Below the pieces are notes generated by a model. That model saw nothing but the letters and a program-made list of their open reading frames with translations, did no database searches and was not told the DNA's origin. A DNA stretch of 64,000 nucleotides, from assembly GCF_022539665.2 (NCBI RefSeq), contig NC_081331.1, positions 10,540,001 to 10,604,000 of the forward strand, in the 5' to 3' direction. Made by a program: the position numbers and the translations under genes. Positions 27,431-40,000 of this stretch are shown here, one piece after another. The stretch comes from Daphnia carinata (Eukaryota). Numbering within the stretch: position 1 is the first letter of the stretch; every line of letters begins with the position of its first letter.

Positions 27431-28492
27431 TCATAGACTTCTCTGTAACCAGTGCTTCAATTTGGCGTACCAGTACGTCGGGTAGATGTTCTCGTACAAA
27501 GCGTTGCACCAATGATAAAGATAATCAGTGCAAAGAAGTTATGGAAAATAAGTATTTGAATGAATAAATTTAAATATCTTAAATTATTTTGTTTTAAAAA
27601 AGGATATAGTAAACCCCAAGGTGGGTGACCCCCGTTGATATAGAGCACGTACGTAAATCCGTCCTTACACTTCCCATCTACTGAATAGTAGTATGGTAAA
27701 AATGAGTGTAACCTAAGTAAACGGTAGATGCTATAATGGCCAAATAATTCAAGACCATGATAGAATACCTGAAATAATGTTTTTCGTAAAATCTTATGGC
27801 AGCACTATTCATGGTCAGTACATGCAGGTATATGGCTTTACAAATTTGATTTTCACTTTGAGTCACATGGGTAAGAAAACTGTCAAGTAATAAAGATGCA
27901 ACACCCTGTCTCCTGAAGCTTGAGCACACACCAAGGCTTAGAATGTAGCCCACAGTGCAGTTTGAATACATTCTACCATCCAGAATTCCTTTATCCTGTG
28001 CAATGTTTACATACAAAAATAAGGATAAAAATTAGTTAAAACACAAAGGGCAGACCTCTTTGTTAATGGCATCAGATTGTTTGACTTCAGCTATAAGTAG
28101 CCCCACTAGTTTTGATTGGTACACCGCTGCTAATGAATAAAACCTTGGATCGGAAGTTATGTCCCTGTACCAAGCCTCTGGGTACTGAATTGGAAACCAT
28201 TCTTTACACAAATCCTTAACCTGGTAATTACCAAATGCAAAATTTACAATTTGGAATGTGTGGGTAACAGCAAGGGAAAGTGTACCTGGTCAAGATCAGA
28301 GGGACAGAGAAATCTTAACTGCAAATCTGCAGCGCTCGTAAACAAGGGGCTAAAATACGGAGACGTCGTGTCATGGTTGTCTCGGTTACTATCCTTTGAG
28401 TTCGAGTACCTGAAAAATTGAATGCACCACCTTGTAAACACACGTTTGAGTATGTCAAACCAAAATTACAGATACCAATTAAAGGAGGTCAT
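27431..28492 (-). CDS. NAA60: N-alpha-acetyltransferase 60 (NatF), six exons, last intron AT-AC
   Basis: LRFLCPSDLDQVKDLCKEWFPIQYPEAWYRDIT, GYILSLGV..FRRQGVASLLL, AIYLHVLTMN.AAIRFYE and YVLYINGGHPPWGLL|DYLYHW. Stop at 27431-27433. Confidence 0.93.
27528..27607 (-). other. U12-type (minor spliceosome) AT-AC intron, 80 nt
   Basis: 5' splice site ATATCCTTT at 27607, branch site TTCCATAAC about 10 nt upstream of the 3' site CAC at 27528. Removing it restores the NAA60 reading frame. Confidence 0.92.
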
Positions 28493-31400
28493 AATAAATC
28501 CGGTTCATTGACCAACAGCGAATTGACATTTCACTTTATCCCGCCCCTGAAGCAGCGTAATGGACTCAACACATGAAAACTGAGAAGTAAAGGAATCGTG
28601 TGATAACCACAGCGTTGCCAATGGATAAATATTGCGTCAGATATTCAAACGTCCCGGTGCGGCTGTATTAAACGGTGAAATCGATAAAACCATGTACTGT
28701 ATGTCCGTAAAGAACGAGCTGCTCTGATGTTACATTTCAAATGCTCCTTGCTTTACGAAAGATGGAAGGATAATCAAGTCATGACCGTATAACTATTAAC
28801 ATTGAGATTTTTTAAAGTCATACAATCAGACAAATTCTCCAACTTCATAAAATTTTTACTAAACAAGAATGTTTTCTCATGGTGTCATTCCATTCTAACA
28901 GATCATGGAGTAGATGACACTGACGTGATTCACCCGTACCCTTCCCAGCCAATTCATTTTTCATCCTCAACTAATCAAGCATTATCCATCAGACGAGTCT
29001 AGACATCCTAGAAAATTCCATTCCACAATATAGTTGGGTGGTCCAACGAGCTGCCTGTACTCATCTCACACACGTCTTATCACGAATATCTTCGTCAGAG
29101 AGAGATACCAGTAACGACCGTGAATTCCGAACCAAATTCTGAAGGTAACATCGTTGCATCACAATTTAATTTGCTCCATTCGCTTCCTGTTTCTAACATA
29201 ATAATGCGAACCTTATAGACAGGAATTCCTTAAACTGATTTGATCCCCGACAGAAACGACCTTTTTTTCAAAACAGTAAATTGAGTTCTGCAAAGTAATC
29301 CGTTCCCAACTACAGAAAACCAACCACTTAAACTGCAAAAGGCTATGTAAAAAACAAAAATAAGAGGCTATAGAAGTTTGAAAACCATGAAAAATGAGTA
29401 CAAGAAACTTTCTAATGAGGTATAATTGTGTGCTTTTAAACACGCATGATACTAGAAACTCAACGAGATGTCCCGAATTAGTATTAAGAGCACCGAGTAT
29501 GATGAACCTTTTTACCATCGAAAAGCAAGCGTGCAGACAGTTTGTTTAAGGTATACTGTGGGTATCCAAAAACCTGCTGAGAGAAAACACACAACCAGAA
29601 CTGTAACTGAGAACAAGGATGGCTTATTTCCATAGAAACTGCGACTCTTCTTGCAAATTGATTTTTCCCTTGGAACAACGCAGTAGTCCGTTAGCAATAG
29701 ATGGTCTAACGATCGAAATAGCCCAGGCCGTTCATATCCCAGAAACGGATTGACAAGGCCTTGGCGTTAATTAAAAACCCGCCTTATATTAATACTCTAA
29801 GTTGATTGAAAAATTCTGAGCTTTGGAGACCGTTGTTTTAATGGCCAAAAGATTCTATGAACACAACAAAGCGTATATTACCGTGTTGCCTAAGGTAAAC
29901 ATTGGTTGTAGTGGTATAGCTGTGAAAAATGATTAATCATACAATAACATATTTGGTGTCGTTATTGAAAAAGTCATTGTCTGTGCAAAGAGGGGTATAC
30001 GTAACTGAATTGGTAGGCTTACATTGGAATTCTTTTGACTCCAAAGCTTTTTAAATCCGAATTATCGTAAGCGGATAGATCAATAATTTTGTTACTTTTT
30101 AAACTATAATAGAAATCAGCTAATGGGCTCATCAATTGCGTCGGGATCGTGCGTGGGAACTCAAGCTCAGCAGTATCGTTACACCTCTAGTATTTGCTAA
30201 TAAAACGACATTAATATCATAATAGATGGGATATGAGACTAAAGGGCTGGCTGACAAGGTCTGATATATACAACCGTGCTATTTATCCCTATTTATCTCT
30301 TTCAGACTTCTTCTGGGCATTCAACAATCTCTGTTAATAGTATTCACGTGAAAAAATGCTTTCCGTGAGGTCTGTGATATTGAAATGAAAACCAATGAAA
30401 ACCAATTTGATTGAGCGTTTGCGTCGCTTGAATATACGGTTGAACAACTATGCTAGAAACTATTTTGCCAGCTGCCACCGACGCCTATCTATGCAGTGAA
30501 AATTGCAATCGCTCTGGATAACACTATACAAAGCGTTGAGGCAATAATCCAAGAAAGATGCCAATGGCTCTAAATTTTGGTATAGCTTAAACCGAGAGCG
30601 ACATAGCCTGTAGGCCTACTCCAGAACCTTTATTTATAAAGTTCACGAAGAATTGTGATTTTCTACCCTTTTCAGACATAGATTGAAAACTGAGTTTGAC
30701 GGTAGCAAAATGCTACAAATACGGTATAACAATTGCAACATCCGAGTCAAACTTGGTTGTTCAATGCCTTTCAATACAGCAAATAAGAAAAGTAGCAAGC
30801 AAATGTATGTAACGCCTTTAATCCGTCTGCCAAGACGCATTGATATTGGCTGAAAAACTTTAATGTTTATGACGCTTAACGTTCATGTTGTATTGTAGCA
30901 TAAACATAGCACTTTAGGGGACTGTGGTTAGGCTTAATTGGTTTCCTTACGTGCTCCCTATTTCGCTAGCTTATGAAGACGCACTGCCGCGAAATCGTGG
31001 CGATCCACGAGCAGCCAGTCAATTTGCCTATACGTTGTAGCGAATTGTTTCTATTGGGTTACAGGATTTTGGGCCAATGCATAAACTGCCATGCAGGCTT
31101 TAGTCGGTAAATATAGATGGGTCTATAAGCAAAGTTTACTAAGTACAGTCTTTATGTAGTGCGTACGTGACCTGTAATATACCAAGAGAGATTAGTATTT
31201 CTGCATCGTGCTATTAGAACTTGAGAGAGTCTTGGGTGATCAATGTATCGTTAGTAAGTACTTTATTTTAGAAATGGGACAAACTTTTTGGTCCGTTTTA
31301 ATCCCTACGCGTTTAATGGCATATAAAGCTTACAATATGGATACAAAATTTCTGATGTTCGAACGTTAATAAATGAGTTTAGAGATTGTGAAAGGAGATT

Positions 31401-32722
31401 TGAAATTGATGTGTTCTGAACATTATTCCAGAGCAGTAAAAGAAACACGACAGAGATTAGAATTTCCTGATGGGTTCTAATGAAGGTTTGCAAAACAAAA
31501 GGTTGCCTAAACGATTGTGCATTAGTATTTTCTTCAAATAAAAAGTGCTAACAATTTGGGCAAAACAGGGCTGCTTGAGTGGAAAGCATTTTACTGTAAG
31601 TTAATATACTTCATGCTAAACAAAAGACCAAAGGTGAACGTAAGTTTACCTGCCCAGCAGCCAACATGTTAGAGAAACCGTCGCAAATATTTTCTCTTTT
31701 CTTTTTTACTTTGTTAAAAAATCAAAGGGAAAACGAAAAAAAAATTCGTACTAGACATCTCTGTTGTCTAGACTTTCTTGCCTATCCTCTATACTTTTCT
31801 CTTTCTCTCTCTCTTTCCGCTCATATTTCGTTTCCCTTTCCTCTTATTAAGTTTGCTATTATCCTTGTCCGTTTGCTATTTTCCACCAGCCAAAGCACTC
31901 TCTTTTTCGTCTAGCTTATTGCCATTTTTCTTTAGACCCTTCATGTTGTCAATTTTGCCTTTGATCGAATTGTCTCTCGTTTCCGATGCTACGTTGTCAT
32001 TAGTCATGTCGCCTTTGAAGTATATCTGAAAGCGAACATGATTTTAGATGTCAGAATCCTTCGTTGGTCCACTTCATATAGTTTATTACTAAAACAACAT
32101 TGGACTTTCATCGATCGTACAGCAAAGGAAGCCAAACGTTTGTGTTCCTTGCGAAAGCGTATATGCCATTATGATCTCATGCACGAAGGTGAAAATAATT
32201 AGGGATCAATGCCATTCTATTGCACAAATTATTTGATAAAAACAAACCCCCGTCATTTGACGTCGCAATAGGTCTACATTAGCTCCTCCTTTGCTTGTCC
32301 GTGATGATGTTAAACATAGCCAAATGTTTTATTTAGGGTTTAATCCTGCTAGATGTAGTCTATTTATTTTTCAATATCTGTGGTGTTCATTCATGAAGCC
32401 CTGTTTCGTCTCATGCGCAAACTCCCACAATGCAAAATTCAACGGCTGTAAGAGATTGCACATATCATCTATCAGTCTCCAATAACACACATCTACGAAA
32501 CACTTCTTCCGCCAGCGCTGCAGGTTGCGGAATTATGTATTTAGAATAACATCCAAAATCAAGTTATTACTTCTACCACCGAACAAAGGAACATCGACTC
32601 GAAGTCTAGAGAACCTGTAAAGTTTATGGGTGTGTATTATTTATTTTTGTGTATATGTGTGTGCCTTAATTAATAACTCCATATGCATTTACTAGATCCA
32701 TTTTTGCGGCTCACATAAAAAA

Positions 32723-33862
32723 ATGAACGGCAGTAGCAGCCATCAGCTAGATATTATTTTAACACCAAATGGAGAGGTACAAAAGCCTATTTCCTTGGAC
32801 ATGTTTTTGATAATCATTAAAATCGTCAGCGCTTTCATCGGAATACCATTCAACACCTTCATCGTCCTCATTATCATTCGTTTACGTCGACTTCACAGCA
32901 AACCACGCAATATTTTCTTGTTGGCCATGATTGTCTCCAACTTGTTGCTCTACTTCCCCTCTCTCATTGAACTGATTTATTGGTTTTTACCGTTAGAAAA
33001 TGTGTGTCGATCTTACGTGGCTGTTATTGGTTTGCCGAATGCTATTCTTTTATGGACCATCTTTCTAGCCCTCGCCGACAGGTACGTTGCCATCAAGCAT
33101 CCACTGAAGCATAAAGAGAAGGTAACTGTCCGTCGTGCAATTGTTTTTCTTCTTATTAGCATAATCGTACTGGCATTCATCATGAAGTTCATTTTCATCG
33201 TTGGGCTTGTTCCAATTGCCTGTGAAATATGGTTCGTCCACAGCAAAGTGATTGGGGCCACCGTATTCGTACTCTTCACCTTGTGTATCGTTACTCACGT
33301 CATCGTCTACAGGCAAACGAAGATACTTCTCCAAGAATCACGAACAGTAAAAGCTAAGGCAGGAAGTAAAAGCAAGGGCGTCACGCAAGCAGAGCGTAAC
33401 GAAATGTTTAATGAACCTGTCGATCAGCAGATCGTCACGAGAGACATTGCATTGATTGACCCAGAAATTGGCGGAATTCAAGTGGAAGCAAATCCAGTGA
33501 CAGCAGAAAGTCAAGCGAGAGCCATCGCTACTACTGATTTGCATCACTCTAACACCAGTATGATTATCCACGTGAATATAAGAGCCCTCAGTCAAATGGA
33601 AATGGAAGCTACTCGAACTTTGATTGCCGGTGTGACATCATTATTTGTAATGGCGAGTCCTCCTTTATTTTTCTTTTTGAGTGTTTTTCTTTGCCGATTG
33701 ACCGGACGTCCGGAATGTGCTAGTATAATCTGGCTGGCTCCGTATTTCAGAGAGGTCAGCTCCGTTTGGGCAGTTTACAATCCACTCTTATGGCTTTTCA
33801 GAAACGGTGAATTGTGGCTGATTTTGAAATCGAAAATCGACAGTTTCTCGAAAAATCATTAG
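32723..33862 (+). CDS. Intronless rhodopsin-like (class A) GPCR, orphan
   Basis: 379-aa ORF with seven hydrophobic segments, GIPFN (TM1), a TM3 Cys, LALADRY, a long third intracellular loop and VYNP in TM7. Confidence 0.88.
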   Translation: MNGSSSHQLDIILTPNGEVQKPISLDMFLIIIKIVSAFIGIPFNTFIVLIIIRLRRLHSKPRNIFLLAMIVSNLLLYFPSLIELIYWFLPLENVCRSYVAVIGLPNAILLWTIFLALADRYVAIKHPLKHKEKVTVRRAIVFLLISIIVLAFIMKFIFIVGLVPIACEIWFVHSKVIGATVFVLFTLCIVTHVIVYRQTKILLQESRTVKAKAGSKSKGVTQAERNEMFNEPVDQQIVTRDIALIDPEIGGIQVEANPVTAESQARAIATTDLHHSNTSMIIHVNIRALSQMEMEATRTLIAGVTSLFVMASPPLFFFLSVFLCRLTGRPECASIIWLAPYFREVSSVWAVYNPLLWLFRNGELWLILKSKIDSFSKNH

Positions 33863-35825
33863 AATTACATATGTTCATGAAGACACGTACTTATTTTGTC
33901 CAATCCAAGCATATGATATACTTCCCTGAAGAAATCACTGCTTTTGCTAAAAAAGAGGCTTTACCTATGATTCCGTGCTTACCCTGATTCTGAGGACGTT
34001 TGTATCATCTAGCCATGACTACAAGTACCTTTCTATTTTTGCTTTACTTTGACGGGCGATTCGGCTGAATAGACGAATAGCACTAATACTGTATGACACT
34101 CATCTCCTTAACAATGTAGATAAATCAGTAACATGAGGTTCACTTAATTCAGCACACAAGGCGACGATAAAAACACAAACCGATTTATATTGAAGAAAAA
34201 CCAGGAACATCATGAAAGTTATTTCTTGAAATTGTTTGTCGGCTGGCAAAGTTACGCATGTTTTCCTTGTGTGCTACCATCACATTTGAAGAAATTAACC
34301 TTTGTCGTCATCACATCGATTTTTACTATGTTCTATAGAAAATTATCAAAGGATAAAATAAAAATCGAGAATGAATTGCTTTTTAATGAATCAAGTTAAT
34401 TCGCGTATCTACAGCTGACAAGTGAAACCCAACGTCGAAGTCTAACTCGCATTTTTGCAAGTTACACGAATTGATGGTGAAAGGCAGTCACCTGGGTACT
34501 TTCACGATGGGGGATTTGTTTCATCTTCCAGTAACATCTGGTTAGTGAACATCAGACGAATGTGTTATTGTGTAATCCCAATATTTCTTTCTACGAACTT
34601 ATACGATGGACTTACAGCGATTTCTAGGTGTTTCTTTTTTACCTCCCAAGCCGATTGAACATTAAATCCCTTTTTTGCCCGAATGGTTGTTTTATTTGTC
34701 ACAGCTTTTGTTTTCGTCGACTTGTTCCTCCATTTCCTAGAAGCCGAAGGCAAAACCGAGTCGATTATCGAGTGCCAAATGCGACTTCATATAGTCTCAA
34801 TGGCACCTTCAATCGGATGGACTACCGCTGGCATCTTATGCCTGATGGTTTCATCTCCGCTGCCAATGCCATAACTTCTTACGCGTCTTTGAGAACATCA
34901 GATTTCTTTTTCCTTCTTTTATTCCATCTTGTCTACATTTGCTGCTATTAAGTTTCTCGTCATCTGGATTTGTAGGGTGGATTTGTAGGGTGAAAAAGTC
35001 CCTGCTTCCAATGAATTTTTGTCGCTTTACGGAGCTTCATTGGGTGCTTCCTTCAGCTCTAAAGCAGTTTTTTTTTCATTAATAGGTTTCGTTCATTGTC
35101 CAGTTATTCCAGATGGAAAACACTTGTGCCGAAAACGCTAATCTTGTGTTATAATTGGCCACTAGAAATGGATCTGGTTTTGACCAGAGCAACCAAGTTT
35201 TGAATAACGATCAGCTTTTCCTTGTCTATATTTGGCTAGCGGTTCCAGAGTGGGGTTGTTGACTTTGTCCTCTACCTTTGATAATAGCTGACTGATTCTG
35301 TCTTCGGGAAATCACAGGGATGACTGAAGTGGAGCAAAATATCTCATATTTACATCCAGTTTTCAGTTGGGACTCTTGTGGATCATCAGAGACGTTAGGG
35401 ATGGTCGGTTTCACATCCCTTTGACAAATTATTTCACAAAAAGGGAATTGCTTCTTGTACTCTTGGAAAGTCTCTTAATTAAACTCATTTTCTCTTTGAT
35501 GTCCAAACTTTTGCCAAAAATTTTTTTACATGGCCTTTCCTAAATGCAACAGTTCAACATGAAACAGCAAATCCTCGTCATTTTCGTTTGTGTGATTTTT
35601 AAAAAATTATAAGTCTATTGTGGATTTTCTTAAAAACTATGAAAACAATTTATTTTCTTAGATCATTTCAACTGCGCAACCGCTCCGCGTCGCTTTTTCC
35701 ACCAAAAACCTTTTGGTGATCGTTCCGAGATTTCAGTCTTATGGCAATTCCCAACTGCACCTGTGACTAGGTGAAAAATTGAAGAGTCTGTCTCGGGTTC
35801 GGCCGAAGACTAGCAGCTTTCAATA

Positions 35826-37022
35826 ATGAATAGCTCTAACGAGATATTCTTAGCAGACGATCGTGACACGAATAGTGTCGTTGATTTGAATGTCATCGAC
35901 ACCCTCAAAACGTTTAACAATAACCGCATTCTCGTTACCGCTCACAGTCCATTCCCAATTGAAATGGATACGTTTCGATCCAGTTGTCACATTCTATTAG
36001 TATCAACAGGTGTCCCGCTCAATCTATTCATAGCAATCGTCATCATGGCGTTCAAAAGATTACACAACAAGCCACGCAATGTTTTGTGGCTCGGCGTGAC
36101 TTTCTGCAACCTGTTCACGCTGCTCACCATTTTCATTGAATTCTTGGCGCATCACATGCAAAGTAATTTCATCTGTTTCATCTTTGTTTCTATCACTGGT
36201 GTGGCCTACACTTGCCTACTGTTCAATTTGCTTCTAGCATTGGTTGACCGATATGCTGCCATTGTTTATCCACTCTGGCATCGACAGCATGTCACAGTTC
36301 GTTGGGTTTACGTAGGCCAATTGATCAGTTTCATTTTAATTGTTTTACTCCTCAAATCCCCATTTATCGCACAATTATCTCTTCCCGAATGTGATTTTTA
36401 TCCAACTCACGCTAAAATCATTGCAGTCTGTAATTTCCTCCTCTTCATTTTATGCATCGTGGCACAAACTGTCGTCTATCACAAAACGCGTCAGTGTTTT
36501 GCCAGCAATCCACAGCGAGGTGGCAGTAGAGAAACTACCGTTACTTTCGTCCAATCGGGACCAAAAATGCAACGGCGTGATACGGCGGCCGAAGTGTTTG
36601 TTTTGCCAAGCAGCAGCACTCAAAGCGACAGCCAATTACGTTTTCAACCTGAAGCCATTGTCAACATCAACAGTCCTTTAGCCAATAATCCAGCGAGTTT
36701 GTGTACCAGTGGTCCAGTGACTCTTCGCCGTCATCATCTCGGTGGGAACCGCCAAATGGAGGTCGAAGCGACTTGGAGTCTGTTGATGGGTGTCTTCTCC
36801 TTGTTGATTTTCACGTTCCCGACATTGCTGATGGCTTTCATCGAGTGGGGTTGTCGAGTGATTAGCGGTGAAGTTCAGTGTCATCCATTGATTAGTGTCA
36901 TTATGTTTTACGCCCGTGAACTTTTACTCGGACATCTCGTCTATAATCCTATCATGTACATGATAAGAAATCGGGAATTTTCGTCTGCCGTTCGTGAAAA
37001 ATGTTTCGTAATATCTCGTTAA
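35826..37022 (+). CDS. Intronless rhodopsin-like (class A) GPCR, paralogue of 32723-33862
   Basis: 398-aa ORF with GVPLN, RLHNKPRN, LALVDRY, QMEVEAT and VYNPIMY. Confidence 0.88.
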   Translation: MNSSNEIFLADDRDTNSVVDLNVIDTLKTFNNNRILVTAHSPFPIEMDTFRSSCHILLVSTGVPLNLFIAIVIMAFKRLHNKPRNVLWLGVTFCNLFTLLTIFIEFLAHHMQSNFICFIFVSITGVAYTCLLFNLLLALVDRYAAIVYPLWHRQHVTVRWVYVGQLISFILIVLLLKSPFIAQLSLPECDFYPTHAKIIAVCNFLLFILCIVAQTVVYHKTRQCFASNPQRGGSRETTVTFVQSGPKMQRRDTAAEVFVLPSSSTQSDSQLRFQPEAIVNINSPLANNPASLCTSGPVTLRRHHLGGNRQMEVEATWSLLMGVFSLLIFTFPTLLMAFIEWGCRVISGEVQCHPLISVIMFYARELLLGHLVYNPIMYMIRNREFSSAVREKCFVISR

Positions 37023-40000
37023 GCTGTGTTGTGTACGGATAGGCTTGTAATCTGTCTGTAAATATTGTCAGTCTGATCCTTCCAATTGTGGTGATTCTTT
37101 ATTTAATATTTTTAAGATTTCACAATGCCGCCTTTTTATGAGACTTTTATAATGTAAAAAGGGTTGTCTGGCCAACGGAATCATTAGAATCTTTCAAATG
37201 GTGTCAATAAACATGAATTTTATCACGCGAATAATTCCAGACAATCTTTCAATTGTTGGCTTTATCTTCTGGTCTCTCCGTAAAAGTGATATCGAATATT
37301 TACGACAAAGGCTATACTGGTTAACCCAAGCAATTAATCAATGGGAGGAAAAGGCCAGCGAAAGGCATGCGTAATTTTCCAATCAATGCAACGGTGATAG
37401 GGTATGTTTTGCAGCATGGATTCTAATGGTTAACGAAGCCGTCAAGCTATTGGATATTAAACGGCGACGCTATTCATCACCGTCTTAGTCAGACAATACG
37501 TTCGTCATCCTGATTAATCTTAACAAGCGTGATTAATGCACGGCGCTGGGTTTAATACAACTCTTCAATGTAAGAGGTCTTTAACAACGAAGAAGTAGCA
37601 AGAGATAAGACCAACGGTGATTCCGCTAGGAAAGGACAGCCTTTTGCATTCTCTATTTGAAAATTGCTGTGGAAACCTATTGAACTAAAATCACCGAGAT
37701 GGTTCAGGTGGTTGAGTTCTCCACGTTATTCTTGCTGAGTCAAATCAACAATATTGAAGAAAGGACCTTTTGATTCTTTTGCTTCGTTTGGGGGACGACA
37801 TGGTTCCCCAATGACAACCTTTTTCAGTCGTGAAATGGGAGTGGCTCCGTTATCTTTAACAGATTACGTATTCATCTGTTCACAGTGACCCGTTCGTACG
37901 TTAATAACATATAACAAGGTCTAGTTTCACGTCAAAAGAATCGAAAGAAAAAGCTAGCAATTTATTTTGTACTCAGTGTGCAATTAGTAATTCTATATGC
38001 GCTAACAGATTTAAATTGAAAGACTTTCAAGCGTCTTGGAGTGGAACATTAGATTAGTTAGAACTATTTACACACATACTGAACGAGAACAAGAAAATGA
38101 TGCCTTTATACAATATTCTGCAATTTGGAAACAAGCGGGATCTTTCGCCATCTATGAATGCCTGAACGCAGTTTAACAGTCCCGCGGAAGTGTATCCATT
38201 GCCCTCGTTCACTGTGTGGTGGCCAAACAGTCACGTCATTACCTCTTCGTCCGCATACACTGGGTTTACCGATCCACCCTATTCCTGCAACGTATTGCAC
38301 TGGGGAACGGCGTTGAAGCGAATAACATAACAAAAAAAAATGGAAACTTAAAGGATAACGTTCCGATTGGCTAACGGCCAAAAAAAAAAAAGAAATGGAT
38401 TACTTGATTGCATCACTCTAATTGAATCATATAGTTATGCATTAAGTAATTCAATAACGCTGCGAATCAACTATTTAACAAGTATATAATAACTAATGTA
38501 AGCTGTATAAATAATGGCGTACGTAGATTAGCTTCTGCACATAATGGATGCGGCAAGCGATGCGCGCGCAAATCCTCGTTACGTGCTTTCATCCGCACAC
38601 CCACACATCCAAGAAAGCAAAGAGTCTTATTGTGTCCGCATTGAGGTTTATGCAGGCAAAGACTATACATTTTTGAAAATGATTGACGATAATCAAGCAG
38701 AAAAATTCGAATTTAAAATCCTACTTCAATAAAAAACAATTACGGAACATTGCTTGTCTATAACCTAGCCGCATTGATCATAATGCGCTCTTATTAACCA
38801 TTGGTGCGTATCAATCATACCCAACTGTAAAATTATCATGTTAGAAAGAAAAAAGGGCGGAAAAGTTTGAACAAAGCAAGAGAAAATCCAATCATCGCAG
38901 GTTGACAAACTTTGCCAACTGTAAAAATACGGTAACGGATGTATTTGTATAGCGTGTAAAAGAGAAGTGAAGAGCGGCTGAGCAGACAGTCGAAATCTTT
39001 GTGGAACATATCGCTCAGCAGTCTGGCCGAAATATTTATTCCTTTTTTATATTTTGTATTCTATGCGTTATTGTTATACTATTTTTTTTTTCCTTCTTCG
39101 TCGTGAGTTTAAAAAAATGGGGGAGGGGGTCTTGGATATATCCCTCCCGATGTCGACTAGAAAAAATCAATGCGCTGCGTGCGGAGTGCATTCTGAGCTC
39201 ACCCGCTCACGCCAGCTGCTGGCTTGAGCGCTTCACTCGATTCCGTATATTTCCGCAAGTTTGTTGCAACCGCCTGTCCCAACCATTGGCGGGCCTGCCT
39301 CGTATATATAGCGTATATATATAGCGAGCTTTATGCTATTCCAGCAGTATGAAGGCTATACTAGCCGCATCTGGGAATCGCATGATTCAATAGCTCTTCT
39401 CTGTTATATACATACCCTAGTGTTACTACACTCGATCTATATGGCCCCCGATGTTGTGTGCATGTCGAGTCATTTGTAATGTGGAGCTGTCTCCCTCTTT
39501 CCTTCTTTGTCTGTCTGCCCGTCTTTCATTTTTCATTTATTATGCCGGCTATTATATATGGCACATAATACTATAACTATAATATAGCAATTTGACTATA
39601 TACAGTGGAAAGGGGTAGTCATATTCTGCGTCCTCTGATGCTCTTCTATCCCTATGGTGTGTGACATTTCACCGATATTCCTAGGCCGGCATGGCAAAAA
39701 CTTAACAGGGAAGGGAATTGCGGAAGACGAGCGTTAATTGATCCAGCACCCACGCCAGTTGATGACGGCCGGATTCCTTTTTTTTTTTCCCCTCAGCACT
39801 TCTCTCTTTCTGTAGCAGGGAAGGTCGATGACAAAAAGGATATAAAAGGCTGTCGAGCGAAAACTGCTGCTGTCCAAGATCTTCCGTCGACCGGATCAGT
39901 AATACAGCTACCATCAATAAAAAGACGGAGCAAAAAGTTAACTAAAAAAAAAATGTCCTTTTCTTCAATTTGCCGCATATCCGACCAGGCTTCATATCGA

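Noticed and set aside
27270..27512. 80-aa ORF as the NAA60 last exon
   Set aside because: The AT-AC splice selects a different frame that matches the conserved LDY continuation.
34560..34960. Possible decayed third GPCR (hydrophobic ORF containing IVSMAPSIGW)
   Set aside because: None of the diagnostic motifs of the neighbouring GPCR pair could be aligned by eye.
37300..37720. Possible minus-strand receptor remnant
   Set aside because: Only a few residues of vague similarity and many stop codons.
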